A stretch of DNA of 62,147 bases, the filler included. It is 4 parts of 4 records of this genome, joined end to end, with 100 filler letters (N's around TTAATTAATTAA, not from the genome) between each part and the next. Parts side by side here need not be neighbours in the genome. Positions count along the whole stretch, not along the records: positions 50,713 to 62,147 come from SRR31156797_5556; 3 more parts are not named here. One strand, written 5' to 3'. The notes beneath the pieces were generated by a model. It saw nothing but the letters and a program-made list of their open reading frames with translations, did no database searches and was not told the DNA's origin. The position numbers and the translations under genes are program-made. The number at the start of each line of letters is the position of its first letter. Position 1 is the first letter of the stretch. This document shows, piece after piece, positions 57,495 through 62,147 of this stretch.

Positions 57495-59270
57495 TTAATC
57501 GTTAATGTTGCCTGATGTATTGGTAAGCGAAGTGTAAGTTAATGTATATCCGTTTTTGTTGATAACCGCATTATTGGTCAATGTAATGGAATCAACATTT
57601 GAATCACCGTCTAACTCCCAGGTACCTCCATCAATTGCAACCGAAGTTGATATTCCTGAGTTATCGGCATCATATGTCCCTGTCCAGGTTACTCCTTCGT
57701 TAACAGTAACTTCTGATGAGCTATATGAGTCGACAATTATGCTGCCGGCGTATGAAGTGCCATCTCCCGAAAGGATTAAGACTCCTGTTGCACCGTAGGT
57801 CTCCCAGCGGGTGTTGTAGTCAACAAGCATTAGAGTACCTGATGGGACAGTGGTTGTAACACCATCTAATGTTACCTGCCCTGTAACAACTGTTGCTACT
57901 TCAATTAAAGGAGCTTCATCACCTGTCATTGTTAGCGAACCACCTGATACATTAATTTTGCTGTTAACACCTTCACCGGCATCGCCCGAAAAACTTTGGT
58001 AAAGGAATAGGCCACGCGACGATGAACCAGCTCCTGAAGTTAATTCACTATTGTTTATTGTAATTGAGTTATCGCCTTCAATAACGCCCATTTCTCCCTG
58101 GCTCGATGTTCCTGTAATGTTGTTTACGGTTATGGTTCCTGTGGAATAAATAACTGCGCAATCGGTTCCGCTGCAGTCGTAACTGCCATCGGTTACTGTT
58201 ACAGTACCGCCGCCTCTGTCGGTAGCAATTACCGAACTGTTATCGCCGGCAGTTGTAATGGTAAGGTTCGAAGCATTAATTGTACCTCCACCTGTTGCAT
58301 GAATACCTCTTGACAGGTTTTGTGAACAAGTCATTTCCACATCCGAAACATTTACTGTACCGCCATAAGCTACAATGGCATTTGCCCCTGAAGCATCAGT
58401 TGTTATTGTACCTCCTGTCATTGTTACTGTTCCGTTATCAGTAGCCAGAAGTGCTGAGTTAATTCCATAAAAACTACTTCCATCGCTGTCTTCGGTATCG
58501 CCTCCACTTTTTTCCAATATGCAATTTGTTAAGGTAAAGCTTCCTCCCGACACAAGAACAGCATTTTCATCGCTCGAAGAGGAGCAATAAGTAATGCCTG
58601 AAACTGAATTGGTGCCGGTAGATTGACTGTAAGCAGAACAATCACTTGACGACGATGCGCTAACTGTTACTGAACAAGTTGCGGTATACCCGCCATCGTC
58701 AGTAGTAACTGTAATTGTTGCCGAACCTTCGGCTACTGCAGTAACCGTACCATCGCTTACTGTTGCCACATCTTCGTCGCTACTGCTCCAACTTACAGCA
58801 CTGTTGGTAGCGTCGCTAGGAGAAATTGTTGCTGTTAAAGTTTCGGTTGACGAAACGATGAGCGAAATTGATGATTCGTTTAACGCGACTCCTGTTACTG
58901 CAACCGACGATTCGCTTACTGTAACAGAGCAGCTTGCAGTATAACTCCCATCGTCGGTGGTTACCGTTATTGTTGCCGAACCAGCAGAAATACCGGTTAC
59001 TGTGCCTTCGCTTACGGTTGCTACGCTTTCATCGCTGCTACTCCAGCTTATCGCTGTATTGGTTGCGCTGCTGGGCGAAACAGTTGCACTTAGTGTTTGC
59101 GTAGATGAAACCGCCAGTGTAATAGAAGAATTATCCAGGGTTACATCTGTTACTGCGATGGTGGTTAAGTCATCATCATTTAAAGAGCATGACCAAACTA
59201 TGCTGGTTATTATCATCCCAATTAGTAAAACAGGGATTAAGTTTTTTCTATTATATGATTGCGTTTTCAT
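57495..59270 (-). CDS. Surface lipoprotein with two tandem Big_2 Ig-like domains and a beta-helix-like C-terminal domain
   Basis: IVWSC lipobox with acidic DDD tail; two VT.V.L...L.AT.SP..ATN.A..WSSSDE.VATV..GTVT....GSATITVTTDDG.YTA.CSVTV repeats; Gly/Thr/Asn-rich body. Confidence 0.85.
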   Translation of the reverse strand: MKTQSYNRKNLIPVLLIGMIITSIVWSCSLNDDDLTTIAVTDVTLDNSSITLAVSSTQTLSATVSPSSATNTAISWSSSDESVATVSEGTVTGISAGSATITVTTDDGSYTASCSVTVSESSVAVTGVALNESSISLIVSSTETLTATISPSDATNSAVSWSSSDEDVATVSDGTVTAVAEGSATITVTTDDGGYTATCSVTVSASSSSDCSAYSQSTGTNSVSGITYCSSSSDENAVLVSGGSFTLTNCILEKSGGDTEDSDGSSFYGINSALLATDNGTVTMTGGTITTDASGANAIVAYGGTVNVSDVEMTCSQNLSRGIHATGGGTINASNLTITTAGDNSSVIATDRGGGTVTVTDGSYDCSGTDCAVIYSTGTITVNNITGTSSQGEMGVIEGDNSITINNSELTSGAGSSSRGLFLYQSFSGDAGEGVNSKINVSGGSLTMTGDEAPLIEVATVVTGQVTLDGVTTTVPSGTLMLVDYNTRWETYGATGVLILSGDGTSYAGSIIVDSYSSSEVTVNEGVTWTGTYDADNSGISTSVAIDGGTWELDGDSNVDSITLTNNAVINKNGYTLTYTSLTNTSGNIND

Positions 59271-59586
59271 TTTTCTGTAATTTTTAAAGCGAGATTCATA
59301 CTAGCATACAGTCTGGTGTATGCATTTTTTTAAAACTTATTATCTGCAAATAATTATCAATACTTCGATGCATTAACTAACTCTAATACATTTCAAGTTG
59401 ATTTATCCCTACCCATAAAAACCGCAGGGAAACATTGAGGTGAAAATTGTATAACGCTGGAATGCAGTAGGGACTTTACCGTGTATGTAAACGGGAATTA
59501 TTGTTTTTTTCTTTCGATTATATAGGCTTCGGAGGAACCGGATGAGTGTAAGAGATTGCCTGGAGAACGGCGCAAAGAGACCAATT

Positions 59587-61026
59587 TTACTCCAAAATAT
59601 CGGTTAAAACCACACCATCTTTATACTGTTTAACAAATCCGTCGGTATTGAATATTTCAACCAAAACGATGTAAGGACCGATTTTTAATCGTTGTCCGTT
59701 TTCGTCTTTGCCGTTCCATATTATTTGTTCGTTGGTGCCCAGAATATTGTTGTTGGCCAGCTTTCGTATCACTTGTCCGGAGGTATTGTAAATCCAAACG
59801 TTACAGATATATCCAGGCTTGTCGAGTTGGAAATCAATGGTGTAAAAGTCTTTGTAGTTGTCGTTGTTCGGAGAAAAAGCTTCGGGCTTAAAACTTACCT
59901 GTGCCTTTTGTTTCTTTTCTTCGTTAAATTGTGAGTTTTTGTAACCGGGAGTACCATAACCTGCAAGTGAAGAAGCCGAATACCAATTCGATTTATCGTT
60001 TGTAGGTTCAGAAAAAGCAATGCGTTCAAGAGAAATTCCTTCGCGGTTGTGGAGCAAAGGGGCGTGCATTTTTTCGTTGTAAGAAAGCTCATCAATGATT
60101 TCCATTTCCGCATTTAAAAGTACCACATAATCTTCGTCGTTATTGTACGAAGGGAATTTATTCATTTGGACAAAGCATTTTGGGCATTCGATTGTAAACC
60201 ATGGAAATACTGCGTTGGTGTCTTTTGTAAGGGCAAGGTAAGTTTCCGGCTCAAACAATTCTTTTTCGCTGCTTAAGGCATAAACCTGGGTGAGTTCCAA
60301 ATCCTTATCGCGCGAAGCCAGGTAAAGTTTATTTATCGGGATCGCTTTCTGCGAGTGGTTATAAATTTCTATAAAGTCTTCGCCATCCGGAACCGGGTTA
60401 AAAAGCACTTCGTTTAACAATACTTCTCCGGGGTTTATTACAACTGGATTTTTCTCTTCACCGCTAACTACAATTTCATCGAGAATAACTTTGTCGTTGG
60501 CATAGTGGTTATTCATGTAAATCACTAATTGCAATGTTTCTGCATTTATTTTAGTTTGTTCGGCAGTAGTTTGCCCCCAATTGCCTTTGTTTGTTCCATT
60601 GTTTTCAAAAAGGATCTCGTTGCTGTTGTTTGCAATAAAACAGGCCTTAAGGTATTTGTTTTTTTCATTTGCGCCGCTTCCTGTTTCCTTGGCTTCCAGT
60701 TGGATCTTTACATTTTTGTATGCCGAAATATCTATTACTTCAGAGCGCCATACAACTTCAGCATTTATGTCGCGGCACTCGAAGCGTCCACCAGATGTTG
60801 AAACGGTTTTCGCATAATCTTCAGGACTTGACAGCGAAACCGCCGAATACTCCAGAGCCCATGTTGAAATTCCTTCGAAATCGGAATGAATGATTTGTCC
60901 GTTTTCATCGCCCCATATACCTTTTTCGGGAACCAAAAATCTTTCAAACCAAATTTCTTGCGAGCTTGCACTTAGGTAGGAAAACAGTAAGAAGATTGTT
61001 AATATTTTTGCAAGATTGGGACTCAT
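59587..61026 (-). CDS. Secreted lamin-tail-domain protein with gliding-motility-type C-terminal domain
   Basis: Signal peptide; LNEVLFNP...DFIEIYN, GISLER and GTPGYKNS motifs; C-terminal FSPNND...WNG...GPYI. Confidence 0.82.
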   Translation of the reverse strand: MSPNLAKILTIFLLFSYLSASSQEIWFERFLVPEKGIWGDENGQIIHSDFEGISTWALEYSAVSLSSPEDYAKTVSTSGGRFECRDINAEVVWRSEVIDISAYKNVKIQLEAKETGSGANEKNKYLKACFIANNSNEILFENNGTNKGNWGQTTAEQTKINAETLQLVIYMNNHYANDKVILDEIVVSGEEKNPVVINPGEVLLNEVLFNPVPDGEDFIEIYNHSQKAIPINKLYLASRDKDLELTQVYALSSEKELFEPETYLALTKDTNAVFPWFTIECPKCFVQMNKFPSYNNDEDYVVLLNAEMEIIDELSYNEKMHAPLLHNREGISLERIAFSEPTNDKSNWYSASSLAGYGTPGYKNSQFNEEKKQKAQVSFKPEAFSPNNDNYKDFYTIDFQLDKPGYICNVWIYNTSGQVIRKLANNNILGTNEQIIWNGKDENGQRLKIGPYIVLVEIFNTDGFVKQYKDGVVLTDILE

Positions 61027-61199
61027 TACATTTCAATTGGAAGCAAAATAGTATTTTTGAGCCACATTTAGACAGAAAAAGACTATAATTTTTAAAAATT
61101 CATAAACTTGAAATGAGCATGTATGGATCTTTTGCCGGATGAAAAACTGAATTCGTGCGAATTTTATGCAATATCATTTCAAACAAACAATTTAATCGT

Positions 61200-62147
61200 A
61201 TGAAAGTTGCTATTGTTGGAGTTAGTGGTGCGGTAGGACAAGAGTTCTTACAGGTGCTGGCAGAGAGAGAGTTCCCGATGGACGAGTTGGTAATATTTGG
61301 ATCGGCACGAAGTGCTGGTAAAACTTACGAATTTAAGGGTAAAGAGCTAACTGTTAAGGAGCTTAAACATGGCGACGATTTTAAAGATATAGATATTGCT
61401 TTAACCTCTGCAGGAGCAAGTGTATCGAAGGAATACGCCGAAACCATTACCAAACACGGTGCGATAATGATTGACAATTCGAGTGCCTTTCGTTATGTTG
61501 ATGATGTGCCGCTGGTTGTGCCAGAGGTTAATGCTGAAGATGCAAAAGATCGTCCACGTAATATTATCGCCAATCCAAATTGTTCTACCATACAGATGGT
61601 GGTTGCTTTAAAACCGATTGAAGATCTTTCGAAGATTAAGCGAGTTCGTGTGGCAACTTATCAGGCTGCAAGTGGAGCAGGTGCCCAGGGTATTGCCGAA
61701 CTGGAAGCTCAGGCAAAAGAAGTGGTTGAAGGTAACGAAGCAACTGTAGAAAAATTTCAGCACCAGCTGGCTATGAATATCATCCCGCACATTGATGTTT
61801 TCCTGGATAACGATTACACAAAGGAAGAAATGAAAATGAATTGGGAAACCAAAAAAATAATGCACACCGAAGCAGAGGTGAGCGCAACTTGTGTTCGTAT
61901 TCCTGTGGCTCGTGCACATTCCGAGGCCATTTGGGTTGAAACCGAGGTGCCTTTAACTGCAAAACAGGTAACTGAAGCTTTTGAAAACTTTGAAGGTTTA
62001 ACTGTTATCGATAATCCTGCAAAAAATGAATATCCAATGCCTTTGTTTGTAAGCGGAAAAGATGATGTTTATGTAGGGCGAATCCGCCAGGATGTTACAG
62101 ACCCCAACAGCATTACCTTTTGGTGTGTTGGCGACCAGATTAAAAAA
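61200..62147 (+). CDS. asd: Aspartate-semialdehyde dehydrogenase (3' end runs off window)
   Basis: [46 protein letters not shown] and [13 protein letters not shown] motifs; missing from the ORF track because there is no stop codon. Confidence 0.96.
   Translation, partial: MKVAIVGVSGAVGQEFLQVLAEREFPMDELVIFGSARSAGKTYEFKGKELTVKELKHGDDFKDIDIALTSAGASVSKEYAETITKHGAIMIDNSSAFRYVDDVPLVVPEVNAEDAKDRPRNIIANPNCSTIQMVVALKPIEDLSKIKRVRVATYQAASGAGAQGIAELEAQAKEVVEGNEATVEKFQHQLAMNIIPHIDVFLDNDYTKEEMKMNWETKKIMHTEAEVSATCVRIPVARAHSEAIWVETEVPLTAKQVTEAFENFEGLTVIDNPAKNEYPMPLFVSGKDDVYVGRIRQDVTDPNSITFWCVGDQIKK

Noticed and set aside
61608..61962. Minus-strand ORFs at the window end
   Set aside because: Antisense to asd, which is the real gene.

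Overview
The window is not one locus. It is four unrelated contigs joined by three identical 100-nt artificial spacers (N44-TTAATTAATTAA-N44) at 24408-24507, 33110-33209 and 50613-50712. Taxonomic labels below are inferred from gene content and style. (A) 1-24407 is AT-rich and Clostridia-like: rplM 5' end, MATE and cation/H+ antiporters, LacI plus GH94 cellobiose phosphorylase, CE7 esterase, GT4/GT2 glycosyltransferases, tandem GNATs, GH3, pilT/pilB and rho. (B) 24508-33109 is FCB-group-like: a secreted NAGPA-domain protein, a purple-acid-phosphatase-like protein, nadC, miaA, queF, two lipoproteins, REP-type palindromes and short tandem repeats. (C) 33210-50612 is GC-richer and Desulfobacterota-like, and looks like an accessory catabolic region: a MarR-linked acetylene-hydratase-like Mo/W enzyme with His in place of the catalytic Asp13, a glycyl-radical enzyme with an atypical dehydratase-like active site plus its activase, a decayed aldehyde dehydrogenase, a LuxR-type regulator with a Tat-exported amidase, hicAB, and a second DMSO-reductase-family enzyme with Glu at the metal-ligand position. 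(D) 50713-62147 is Bacteroidales-like: prfB 5' end up to its frameshift site, a transglutaminase-like membrane protein, recX, a PadR-ABC operon, an Ig/beta-helix lipoprotein, a lamin-tail protein and asd. The best candidates for undescribed biochemistry are the three enzymes in contig C. I found no CRISPR array, tRNA, rRNA or intact transposase. All family assignments come from motif recognition by eye; no database search was run.
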